Positions 26,091-38,682 of a DNA stretch of 64,000 bases are shown in pieces. Origin of the DNA: Eledone cirrhosa (taxonomy: Eukaryota). Where the stretch lies: NCBI GenBank assembly GCA_964016885.1, contig OZ024748.1, positions 3,162,001-3,226,000 of the forward strand. Direction: 5' to 3'. Position 1 is the stretch's first letter, and each line of letters begins with the position of its first letter. A program made the translations under genes and the position numbers. The notes below the pieces were generated by a model. The model had not been told where the DNA came from and searched no databases. It saw only the letters and a program-made list of their open reading frames with translations.

Positions 26091-27739
26091 ATGTCATTAT
26101 TTGAAGTATCTGTTCATGTTGTATATGGTGCACCTCAAATATGCAGGATATGCCACTATTTGAGGTATCTGTTCATGTTTTGAGTGGTGCACCTCAAATA
26201 TGCAATAGTGTGCTAGTATTTTAGGCATTCATATCTATGTTGGGAGAAAGGAGGTGATGCACCATCACAAATGTGCAGCTGTGTGACACCCCTTTGATAT
26301 ATCTGCACATGCTGTGACTGCATCATCTCAAATCTTCTGTTGTATGCCATTGTTTGAGATATTTATACTCTACAAAAAAAAAATCTACAACTATTTTGTG
26401 AGCTCAGAAGAAATAAAACAAAACTAACCCCCTCCCCACCCAGATACTATGGGAAACCTCTGCCTGCCAATCCTCCACCTATTGTTAGGTCTCGCTTCAC
26501 TGTCTTTCAGCCTCAGTTTTCACGCATTCTTTGCATTCAGTGACTATGACTGTCTACCATGCATCATTGCCCTTTGTACATAAGTTATTGCCAGCAGAGG
26601 TAATGGTTACCAGGATTTTTACCACTCTCTTCTTATTCTAGATATAATGCTTTCATTATATATAGAATTAAATAAATATTGATATATAGATGAGGCTGAA
26701 CACCATGTAAAGTGGTTGTGTTGGTGACACAACAAAAAGCACACAGTTCATTCTGTAAAGTGGTTGTGTTGGTGACACAACAAAAAGCACACAGTCCACT
26801 CTGTAAAGTGGTTGTGTTGGTGACACAGCAAAAAGCACACAATCCATTCTGTAAAGGGGTCATGTGGTGGCACAAGAAAAAGCACCCAGTTCGTCCTGTA
26901 AAATGGTCATGTTGGCGACATGACAGAAAGGGCCCAGTTCAACCTGTTGGTCCTTTTGATGCCACGATAAAAAGCACCCAGTCCATGCTGTAAATGTAGT
27001 TGGCATTAGGGAGGGCATCTGACTGTAGAAACCAAGTCAGAAACAGTTCTCTATGAGCAAGACACAGTCATCTGATCTGACTTGTCTCACAACAGGACAA
27101 CTCATCTAACCCATGCTAGTGTGAAAAATAGACGTTAAATTGTGATGATGATAACAATGATATAGTATTAACGGAAAATACACAAAATTACATAAGGCGA
27201 ACGACAGTTGCATCTCTACATGGTCAGCCACCAACATATATGAGCATACATTTGTTATCTTGAGTTTTATTTGATGAAACCTGTTTTACAGGCGTGGATT
27301 GGCAGTGTCGGTAGCGCCTCAGACGTCATGCTTTGCAGCATAGTTACGGCCCTTTATAGTCTGAGTTCAAATCCCAGGTTAACTTTGCCTTTCATCCTTA
27401 AGCGGTCGATAAAATAAAGCACCAGTAATGCTCTGAATTAATTGCTGGCCTTGTGCGAAAAGTAGAAACAATTATTAGACTACTGGAGATCACCACAAAT
27501 GAAGATCTCAGCAAAAATTAGCTTTACAAAAACAGCATCGGTGGTTAATAAAGGAGAGAAATTCAAGATATATTTTTTGTCGCATTGCCAGTCTGAAGAG
27601 CAGATCAATAATAAAGTTGTGTCCATAACTTCTATGGGTAACTCTGAGTCAATCCTCTGTGAAACACGCGGAACAGGTCCATACATAATAAAAATCTAAA
27701 TACATGTAAACGAAACTTCATCTTTCTTTTAATAGTGTA

Positions 27740-27784
<45 letters not shown>

Positions 27785-28738
27785 AGGAAGTGTAAGGTGA
27801 AGTTAGTGTAAGTTCACCCAGGTGGGCACTCGATGTTTAGATACACGTCTCAGGTGAGGTGTAGAGCTAAACAGTCTAAATATAATAATACAAGGACGAT
27901 TTCTTATGACTTCATTACGTTTATTGATTGGTGACGTGCGTTTCTCTATTGATTAGCTCAAGTTTCAATACGTATCGATCTGGCTCGATTCTGGCATCAA
28001 AAGCTCTGATTCCAGAGATGGGCCAGATCGAACCTTGAGCTCATCAATAGCGAAACCAATCAATAAACGTAATGAAGGCATAACAAATCGTCCTTGTATT
28101 ATAATATATATATATATATATATAGTTATGTAATAAACAACATAAGCCCTTCTTCAGGAGTAAATAGGCGAGGAAGAGAGTTCAGAGGGGGGGTGGAAAT
28201 ACATTTAGAAAAAAGGGGGAAGGAGAACAAATAAAAATAAACGTAAAAATAAACAATAAGATGGACAAGTGGTGGAAGGGTGTGAGGCGTGTAAGGGTGG
28301 TGGCGGGAGAGGAAGGCGGGGGGGTCGAATATATATATATAGACAGTCGATCGACTTTCCTCAAATCGGACCGAGGAAACAATGTTTCCATTGGTTTTTC
28401 CAATTGCTAATACTATCTATCGTGGACAGAAAGAGAGGGATCCGCCGAATTAGTATATGTATGTATACATGCGTGTATGTATGTAGGTAATGTATGTATC
28501 TCTGTCTGTAAGCATGTATGTATATATATGTGTGTGTATATGTATATATATGTGTGTGTGTGTATATATGTATGTATCTCTGTCTGTAAGCATCTATGTA
28601 TGTATTTGTATATGTGTAATGTATGTATACATATATATATATATAGTAATAATAATAAAATTGAAGACTAAAATCCAAAGAGGGCTCGATAAGGGTGAAA
28701 GCAGCGATTCTTTGCTTAAACTTTAATCTGTTATTTTA

Positions 28739-28834
<96 letters not shown>

Positions 28835-29018
28835 TGACATCTGTCACAACAGGAATATCATTGCTGTTATGTAATCAAATACATTTCCAAGCGGCTGAGA
28901 TGTATGAAATGTATGAAATGTAGTTCCGTTATGATGCAGTAAATTAACAATAAATCGTGGAGGGTTTATTTACTGAGAAAAGACGCTGTAGAAACAGAAA
29001 TCCCCAAATATTCGAAAG

Positions 29019-29053
<35 letters not shown>

Positions 29054-29186
29054 TTTCGAAAATATATATATATTACTTTCGAAAGTATATATATATATAT
29101 ATATATACTTTCGAATTATATAAGTAGAAAGAATAATGAATAATAACAGTTCTTTGAAAACATAACAGGAATACCTAGCGTGATTC

Positions 29187-29225
<39 letters not shown>

Positions 29226-29299
29226 CAGGAAGCTCCAACCGTTAAGGTTGTCTTTTTTCAGGGTATGTCAATATTTATTTATAAAACAAATCTGTATTG

Positions 29300-29365
29300 T
29301 ATTTTATCTGATGAAAGCGCATCATAATTTGCCTTGGTGGCCCTTGAAATATGTATAATAAAATA
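29300..29365 (+). ncRNA. Type I hammerhead motif, family with 49428-49492(+) and 42398-42457(-)
   Basis: TATTTTAT-CTGATGA-stem II-GAAA-TATGTA-TA-ATAAAATA (8-bp helix I). Confidence 0.65.
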
Positions 29366-29779
29366 AATATGGTTTTATAAATATAGTTTCCATTTGTTAA
29401 TATATTGTTATTATATATATATATATACACACACATACACACACATATATACACATACACACACACATATATACACATACACACACACATATATACACAT
29501 ACACACACACATATATTTATATATACATACACACACACATATATACACATACACACACACATATACACATACACACACACATATATACACATACACACAC
29601 ACATATATATATATACATACACATATATATATATATACATACACACACACATATATATACACATACATACACACATATATACACATACACACACACATAT
29701 ATATACACACATACATACACACACATATATACACACACATATACACATACATACATACTCATACACACACACACACATA

Positions 29780-29858
29780 CATAGTGTCCCCAAAAAATGT
29801 ATACACATATTCATTAGAATGCTGTTGAAGTATGTAGACATTTTTGTGACACCTTGTA
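29780..29858. mobile_element. Minimal ~80-bp Tc1/mariner-like MITE
   Basis: Imperfect TIRs GTGTCCCCAAAAAATGTATACA / TGTAGACATTTTTGTGACAC, TA flank; related interior at ~47790-47840. Confidence 0.55.
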
Positions 29859-29925
29859 TATATATATATATATACAATTTTATAATTTTTTTATAATTTT
29901 ATAATTTTCTTATCTTACGTCTCTC

Positions 29926-29956
<31 letters not shown>

Positions 29957-30103
29957 ATGTGATTTACGGGACCTGAATAATGATATATATTTATATTCAA
30001 AGTTCAAGGACTAGTGAATGAGGTGATAAATAAGCATGTTAGGCAAATTTTCGAACACTCATTAATAAGGATTATATATAGGGTGTGTATATGTATAGAC
30101 TGA

Positions 30104-30171
<68 letters not shown>

Positions 30172-30335
30172 AACAGGATAGATAGTTAGATGGGTAGATA
30201 GATAAGGAAGATAGATAGATAGTGATGTATGTATATAAATAAAGATAACACATGTAAAGTAATAACTAATAACAATAATTACAGCAGTTAATTATAATAA
30301 CAACAATAATAATGATTATAATAACCACAACGAAC

Positions 30336-30376
30336 CAATTTCCCGATCCTATGATACAGACTCTTTTCGGAGACAT
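30336..30376 (-). CDS. GPD1: Glycerol-3-phosphate dehydrogenase (NAD+), coding exon 1 (MSPKRVCIIGSGNW)
   Basis: Rossmann GxGxxG start typical of GPD1; 41 nt; GT donor at 30335, phase 2 matches exon 2. May start at upstream in-frame ATG 30646. Confidence 0.9.
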
Positions 30377-32129
30377 GTTTGTGGCGTAAGCCGTTGGAGA
30401 TGTGGTGTTAATGTGGTAGTCTGTAGCGGCGAGTGATGATGAGAATTTAAATGGTAAGTTAAATGGCGTTAATAAATGCCTATAGCAGACGATATCCTTG
30501 AGACAGTTGGCAAGGACGTTCGTGTCAGAGGGTATAGTGGTATGGCGGTAAGAGGTACACCTGAGAACGTGGTAGAACGAACATCTGAGAACGTGGTAGG
30601 AGGTGCATTTGAGTATATGGTAGGAAGGGAGTATGGACAACCGCATTCTGGACGGCAGTATGATGGTAGAGAGACAGCAGACGAAAATTTGAGTCGAAAT
30701 TCTAAGGAAGAGGTGACCTTTGCGCTAATTATTTTAGCTTAGCACGCATGTCGGTCGATTCATACATGAATTATATATATATACACTTTTACCTGTTCCA
30801 GCCCTGCTGGGGCACCGTCCTTAAGTATATATTTATATATTTCAGAAGATCCTGTTAAGGGTGAAAGCAGCGACCATTTTAATAAATATATATATATATA
30901 GTAATAATAATAAATGTGAAGACTAAAATCCAAAAAGGGCTCTATAAGGATAAATATATATAAAATATATAAAAACCATAGAGCAAATATTTATTAAAAT
31001 AACAGATTAAACTTTAATCTGTTATTTTAATATATATATATATACCATCATCATCATCATCATCAATTTACGTCCACTTTTCCCTGTTTGCAAGGGTGGG
31101 ACGGGAACTGATTCTGGCTTGATTTCTACAGCTGGATGCCCTTCTTAACACCAACCTCATTTACAGTGAGTGCTGGGTGCTTTTTTTATGTGGCGCCTAC
31201 ACGTCCACTTTACAGTGTGGGCTGGGTGCTTTTTTGCCATGGCACCTCAACGACCACTTTGCAGTGGAATGATAGGGACTGGGGTCCCTATCATCTCATT
31301 TTTACAGCTGAGTAAACTGGAGCAATATGAAATAAAGTGTCTTGCTCAAGGAAACAACACATCACCCGGTCTGAGAATTGAACTCACAACCTTTCGATTG
31401 CAAGGCCAATGCTCTAACCACTAAGCCATGTGCCTCCATCATATATATACATATATCTTGCAAGCAGGGAAAAGTGGACGTAAAATGATGATATATATAT
31501 ATATATATATATATACGCTCTGAGTTCAAATCCTGCACTGGTCAACTTTGCCTTTCATCCTTTCGAGGTTGATAAAAGAAAAGTATCAGTCCAGTACTAT
31601 TTAAAAAATCGGCTGTGTTCAGACCTGGAGAGGGTTAGGCTCTGCCAGGTTTAAAAGTACCGTAGACACGATAGTGCCTCTGGAAGTGATGAAATAAAGT
31701 ACTGGGGTCGATATAATTGATTTCTCCCCTCCTTCCCTCAAAATGACAGGCCCTGTGTATTAAATAGAAACCATAAGGGTAAAATAATTTCTCTTATACA
31801 CTAGAAAACATGGCATCATCCTCCCTAAAATCTAAAATGTCTAAAGTTTGTCTTGAGCCCAGAGTCTGATCAGGCTGGTGCTTGTGTCAGTTTCTGTAGC
31901 ATGAAGTGGCTGAGAGTACAAGACCCCTCACCCCTGGCCAGGACGCCAGTCCATCACAGTGTTAAAGTCTGGCCCTCGTCCAGAGGTGTGAAGTGACTGA
32001 GAGTACAAGACCCCTCACCCCTGGACAGGACACCAGTCCATTGCAGTGTTAAAGTCTGGCCCTAGTCCAGAGGTGTGAAGTGACTGAGAGTACAAGACTT
32101 CCCCTTACAACAGAGGAAACACAGCATCC

Positions 32130-32460
32130 CGTTCCATGGTGATAAACCCCTCATCTGGGATACCACATGCAGCGACACATTCTCCAGTGGCAGCCTGTGA
32201 CTAATCCAGGCTCTGCTGCACTTCAAGCCGAGGAGGGTAAATTCTCCAAATATCGGTCACTTTCCGACAGGTTTGCGGTCAAACCTGTGATAGTGGAGAT
32301 GTCTGGTGTCCTTGGCCCTAGGGCCACCTCCCTACTCACCACCACAACATGGAGTTGGCTAGCCGCAGGTGTGAGCCTCGCAAGCTGGAATGGCTCTTCC
32401 AGTGCGTCTCCCTCACCATCCTCTGGGGAAATGCCTTCTCTATTCTGTCCGCCAGGGCCA
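32130..32460 (+). mobile_element. Decayed CRE-like RLE non-LTR fragment; second copy ~44750-45010
   Basis: LIWDTTCSDT, AE..K..KY..L, P...E.SG.LG and .GNA motifs with frameshifts. Confidence 0.65.
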
Positions 32461-33294
32461 CAGAGCAACCATTTCCTTATCATATTTCTAATGATTAACA
32501 AATTATTTTTTTAAATAGTCAAGAATTTGGAGGTGTTTAGTAATATAATTAATTATCTCATTATTAAGTTGATATTTGGAACATAACATAACACACGTTC
32601 ATACATAGACATATGATAGAAGGTTTTTAGATAAATATAAAGACTTTAACCACTTTATTACCACATTTCTAATAAAAGATACTGTCTATGGTGTTTGGAA
32701 CATAACTTAACCCTTTAACATTTAAACCGGCCATATTCAGCCAGCATCTCTTACCTCTTTCTGTTCAAACCGGCTGTAACTGGCCACTCATACCAATGTT
32801 TAGATATTTTTCTCAAAATATATAACATCAAAATCTCAGAGTTTTGATATTATGTGAGATAAATACATTAATAAAAATAGAGTAATGTAAATACTAAAGG
32901 TTTAACAAATGATTCCTGTACATCTGTCACATATAGAATGTTAGTCTACCTACTGCTCAACCATACCTCCTTTATATTCAAAATTTACATTCTATTGAGT
33001 CACGGTCACTTTTGCTTCTAAAAGGACCCATGGAAGTAGTGTTTGAGGACTCTGACTCCACAACCCTCTCAGGAACAAGTGTTATGTTATTGAAATTCAT
33101 GTGTGGGTGCATGTGTTTTTTTTTTGTGTTTGATTGTGTATAAGTATTATCCTCTACATATGGGTGTGAGAATAGAACACTCAGTCTAATGAAATGTCTG
33201 AAGGGGTGGAACTTCCTCACTTCAAATGTTCAACAAGATAATTTATAGGAGTGATGTTTTTGCAGCTACCAAAATGATTATATATATCATCATA

Positions 33295-33340
<46 letters not shown>

Positions 33341-33342
33341 TG

Positions 33343-33393
<51 letters not shown>

Positions 33394-33492
33394 CCTCATA
33401 TATACATATATATATACATATCATCATATATATATATATATATACATATAAATACATATCATCATATATCAGCCGTCGGGGTCTTACTGGTT

Positions 33493-33708
<216 letters not shown>

Positions 33709-34247
33709 CATATATATATACATATCATCATATATATATATCATCATCATCATCATCATGTTTAGCGTCCGTGTTCCACGCTTGCATGGGTTTGGACGGG
33801 GGTTTTCCCACTTGAGGCAAGAGTGGTTGTCTTGCTCGCATAGGACTGTCTGGCGGGTTTTCTACAGTTGGATGCCCTTCCTAACACCAACCACATTTAC
33901 AGTGTGGGTCTGGGAGGTTTTTACCGTGTTGCCTACACGGCCACATTACAGCGTGGACTGTCTGGCGGGTTTTCTACAGCTGGATGCCCTTCCTAACACC
34001 AACCACATTTACAGTGTGGGGCTGGGAGGTTTTTACCGTGTTGCCTACACGGCCACATTTACAGCGTGGACTGTGTGTTTTTTTGTCGTGACACCTACAC
34101 GATCTCATTTGATTCGGCCTGGATGTTGTGGGACCAACATAACTGTACATTGAAAGGGGCGGTGTGGATGGGGTGGAGGTGGTGGGACGGGGGGGGGGGG
34201 GGGTTGATAGAGGTGCCTACTGACTGTAGTAGGTTTTTACTTTGTAT

Positions 34248-34832
34248 TTAGGTAAGGCGGGTCTTCTCTATTACTGAGTACCGCCAAAGGTCTCGGTCCA
34301 GTGACATTGTCTTGGAGAGGTGTAAGCGTGTGAGGTCGGAATTTATCAGCTCGTCCCATGTTTTTCTGGGTCTGCCTACTCCGTGGCTACCGTCTATCTT
34401 TATTGCCCTGCACTTTGTTATACAGCTGTCGTCTTTCATGCGCATCACGTGACCGTACCAACGTAGCCTTCTCTCGAGTAAACAACATCTGATCCCTCTT
34501 ATTTCTAATTTTTTCCTTAGTTCGTTTATGCTTTGCCGTTCACGTATATTACTATTGCACATCCAGCGGAGCATGCAAGCTTCGTTCCTCTCTAGTCTGC
34601 GTATATCCTCTGCACACAATGCCCAGGTCTCACTGCCATGCAGCATTGCTGTTCGTATGCAGGCATCGTATAACCTGCCTTTCATTTTTAGGGAGAACCC
34701 TCTAGCGGCTAATAGTGGTATAAGCTCTCTGAACTTTTTCCATCCAGTTCTGACTCTAGCTACTGTACTTTCAGAGCACCCTCCCCCACTGCTGATTTTG
34801 TCACCCAGGTAACGGAAGCTGTCCACTATTTC
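34248..34832 (-). mobile_element. Young RTE-clade LINE ORF2 3' fragment (~190 aa uninterrupted); 3' tail continues to ~33745
   Basis: [29 protein letters not shown] motifs. Confidence 0.9.
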
Positions 34833-34905
34833 TATATATATATATATATACATATATATATACATATCATCATATATATATATATATACATATATATATA
34901 CATAT

Positions 34906-34942
<37 letters not shown>

Positions 34943-34953
34943 TATATACATAT

Positions 34954-34990
<37 letters not shown>

Positions 34991-34993
<3 letters not shown>

Positions 34994-35612
34994 TGGCTGC
35001 CAACTCGTTTTCGAGTACGGCCACTACTTTATATCCATGTAGGAGAACCCCTACCGATGCGCTGAACGAGTGTGACTTTTGAGTCCATCCAGCGACTTGA
35101 AAACTCTGGTACAAATACTACACTTGTGACAATTATTGACACATAGTGCTGGGCCCATGGTACCATGTGACAAGTGCAGAGAGATCTCCAGATATAAAGC
35201 AATGCCTGTGCCATGAAGCTTTTATAGTGAGCAAAGGCATTGCACAGAGCCAGTCCCACTCTCTTAACCAAGATGATATTTACCAAAAAGTAAAACAAGT
35301 CAACATCATTGGATACCATCAGGGTTGCAGGTGTTATATCAGAGTTTTCCTTCTCCTAGAATTCTGCCTTGACAAAGGCTAATGGGTCATCTCTCCCGGT
35401 GATTTTGGATGGCCATTGACTCTTAAGAGCTCCTTTGCCCTTTGACAGGTTTTGTTTTTAGTCCTGCAGGATGTCCAAAGTCACCCTCCTCACCAAGAAA
35501 CCTTGGTGGGGTTGCCAGTTTAGTCGCCAACGACCCGACCATGAAACAGGTTGTACTGGGATACATGTTACCAGTAGCACCAACTGGTGACCTGACATAG
35601 TGACCTGACCAC
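34991..35612 (-). mobile_element. Non-coding element resembling an RTE 5' region; inverted second copy at 46855-47410 (+)
   Basis: Two ~545-bp highly similar copies; CTAGGAGAAGGAAAACTCTGA motif recalled from RTE 5' UTRs. Confidence 0.65.
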
Positions 35613-36769
35613 CATATATATACATATATATATACATATCATCATATATATATATATATATATACATATATATATACATATCATATATATATATATACAC
35701 ACACATATATATATACATATCATCATGTATATATATATATATACACACATATATATATATACACACACACATACACACACACACACACACACACATGAAT
35801 AGATACATATATATGTATATATGAAAAATAAAATTAGAATTTTATTTCTCACCCTAGCTTATTTACATTTATGTATATATGAATATATAGAGGCACATGG
35901 CTTAGTGGTTACAGCATTGGCCTTGCAATCGAAAGATTGTGGGTTCAATTCTCAGACCGAGTGATGTGTTGTTTCCTTGAGCAAGACACTTTATTTCACA
36001 TTGCTCCAGTTTACTCAGCTGTAGAAATGAGATGATAGGGACTGGGGTTCATATCATTCCACTGCAAAGTGGTCATGGAGGTGCCACGGCAAAAAAGCAC
36101 CCAGCCCACACTGTAAAGTGGATGTGTAGGCGCCACGGAAAAAAAAGCACCCAGCACTCACTGTAAAATGAGGTTGGTGTTAGGAAGGGCATCCAGCTGT
36201 AGAAATCAAGCCAGAATCAGTTTCCATCCCACCCTTGCAAGCAGGGAAAAGCGGACATAAAATGATGATGATGATGAGATGATATATATCAAGTAAGAAT
36301 ATTTTCGAAACAGCGAGTGGGTTTGAAATTATTAGAAATGTAAGTTATCGCCGTATTTTGACTAAAGAAACTAAATAATTTCTTTAATTTCTTTAGTCAA
36401 AATACGGCGATAACTTACATATATATATATTGGAAAATGTGTTAAATCCTTGGTACAGTTAGGTATATTTTAAAAAAGGAAAAAAATGACTTCACTTATA
36501 GTTCTAAACAATTTAATTTAATTTTATAATATTATGATATTACAATTTGGTTTTGTAGATCTAGTGAGTTCTTTGTTAACTTAGGTGGGGAGAATTTTTA
36601 AAGATTCCTGGTTAACTTTCCTGGAGAACTTTCTCAAATTTGTCGGTGGCGATTGTCAAACTGATCTCAGGTTGTGATGTGTGACTCTATACATAAGAAA
36701 TTTGGGTGTGTCTGAGGTGAGTGCGGTTAATGAGTGTGGGCGTGAAGGAGTGTTGATGAAGATTTAGAG

Positions 36770-37070
36770 CAGGCATGGGCAACCTTTTTCAAGAAGTGGG
36801 TTGCATGAGATATGGTTCACCATCAGGCGAGGCGAGCCACAAGCATTAATTTACATTCATGTCCACATTAAAAAAAAGGTGGTAACTCAGGTTTTGATTT
36901 ATTTCTTCAGAATTCGCACACGTTTTTTTCCTTGATTGTAAAAATGATAGAAAGATAAATTACGACTGAAAAGTTGGGGTAAAAAAATCAGAAAGATTTC
37001 ATTTAGGTGTGCCATTCAGAAAGCTTCGAAGGCCACATGCGACCCACAGGCTGCAGGTTGCCCTTGACTG
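36770..37070. mobile_element. hAT-like MITE
   Basis: TIRs CAGGCATGGGCAACC / GGTTGCCCTTGACTG; 8-bp TSD ATTTAGAG / ATTTACAG. Confidence 0.75.
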
Positions 37071-37904
37071 ATTTACAGAAAGTAGTGAATGGCAAGATAA
37101 TTGATTGGGAGGGAAGTTGGGAGGTGTTGGGGGTGTTTAAGGAGTGTTTTAGAAAGGGGTTATTAAAGTGCCCTCCTGCTGGTTCCATTTCAATAGACGA
37201 CCTTTGCTGAATATAATAACTAGAGAAATTGTATATAAATATATAAATAGAGAGTATTAGGAGTATCAAGGACTGAAAAAAGAAAAATCAAGGATGACTG
37301 ACAAAGCAGCTGCAAAGTGTGAGATTCATTGACATTGCAAGCCAGGATGTCCTCGATGGAAAAGATGTCCCATCTGAAGACAAAGCGAGAAGATTAGATG
37401 TCTTCATTCATGGCTGATGTTAATGCAAAACATGTGAGAGCCATTCAGAAGAAGGAAATGAAGATTCACAATGTAAAAGAAAGAGAAAGCAGGATGAAGA
37501 AGACAAGAAAATATCCGAGAAAGTAACTCTTGGAAGTTGGTCAGCCAGCTCAGCTATTAGTGATGATGGTGATGAAATCTTGAAATATTCACCGCGTTTA
37601 AAACCAACTCTTGACACCCCTCTTGTTGCCACATGGGAACGGGAGAACCTAACAGTGTGACAAGTATTTCTTACATTGCAATTGCATTGGTATGGACATG
37701 TGATGCGTATGAAGGATGACAGCTACATAGCACTAAAAGTCGATGGAAGCCTTGGAATGGGGAGACCCAAGAAGACCTGAGATGAGGTGCTAAAAGCTGA
37801 CCTTGCCCAATTGCACCTCTCAAAGATGCTACGCAGTAATACAGAAGACCCAACTTCCCACGGGTACAAGCTGAAGCATATAGACAGTATGCCCCCACCC
37901 TCCT

Positions 37905-38682
37905 CCCACTGTAAAATGGTCATGTAGGTGTCACAACAAAAATCACCCAGTCCACACTGTAATGTGGTCATGTAGGTGTCACAACAAAAATCACCCAGTC
38001 CACACTGTAATGTGGTCATGTAGGTGTCACAACAAAAATCACCCAGTCCACACTGTAATGTGGTCATGTAGGTGTCACAACAAAAATCACCCAGTCCACA
38101 CTGTAATGTGGTCATGTAGGTATCACAACAAAAAGCACCCAGTCCACACTGTAATGTGGTCATGTAGGTGTCACAACAAAAATCACCCAGTCCACACTGT
38201 AATGTGGTCATGTAGGTGTCACAACAAAAATCACCCAGTCCACACTGTAATGTGGTCATGTAGGTGTCACAACAAAAAGCACCCAGTCCACACTGTAATG
38301 TGGTCATGTAGGTGTCACAACAAAAATCACCCAGTCCACACTGTAATGTGGTCATGTAGGTGTCACAACAAAAATCACCCAGTCCACACTGTAATGTGGT
38401 CGTGTAGGTGTCACAACAAAAATCACCCAGTCCACACTATAATGTGGTCATGTAGGTGTCACAACAAAAATCACCCAGTCCACACTGTAATGTGGTCATG
38501 TAGGTGTCACAACACAAGCACCCAGTCCATACTGTAATGTGGTCATGTAGGTGTCACAACAAAAAACACCCAGTCCACACTGTAAAGTGGTCATGTAGGT
38601 GTCACAACAAAAATCACCCAGTCCACACTGTAATGTGGTCATGTAGGCGCCACGGTAAAAAAGCACCCAGTACTCACTGTAA
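37905..38682. repeat. 48-bp tandem array (~16 copies) amplified inside an RTE-tail/SINE element
   Basis: Unit AATGTGGTCATGTAGGTGTCACAACAAAAATCACCCAGTCCACACTGT; runs into GGAAGGGCATCCAGCTGTAG tail. Confidence 0.95.

Noticed and set aside
37270-37660. Purine-rich, coding-looking stretch (E/K/D-rich)
   Set aside because: Interrupted by stops, no convincing splice pair or recognisable domain
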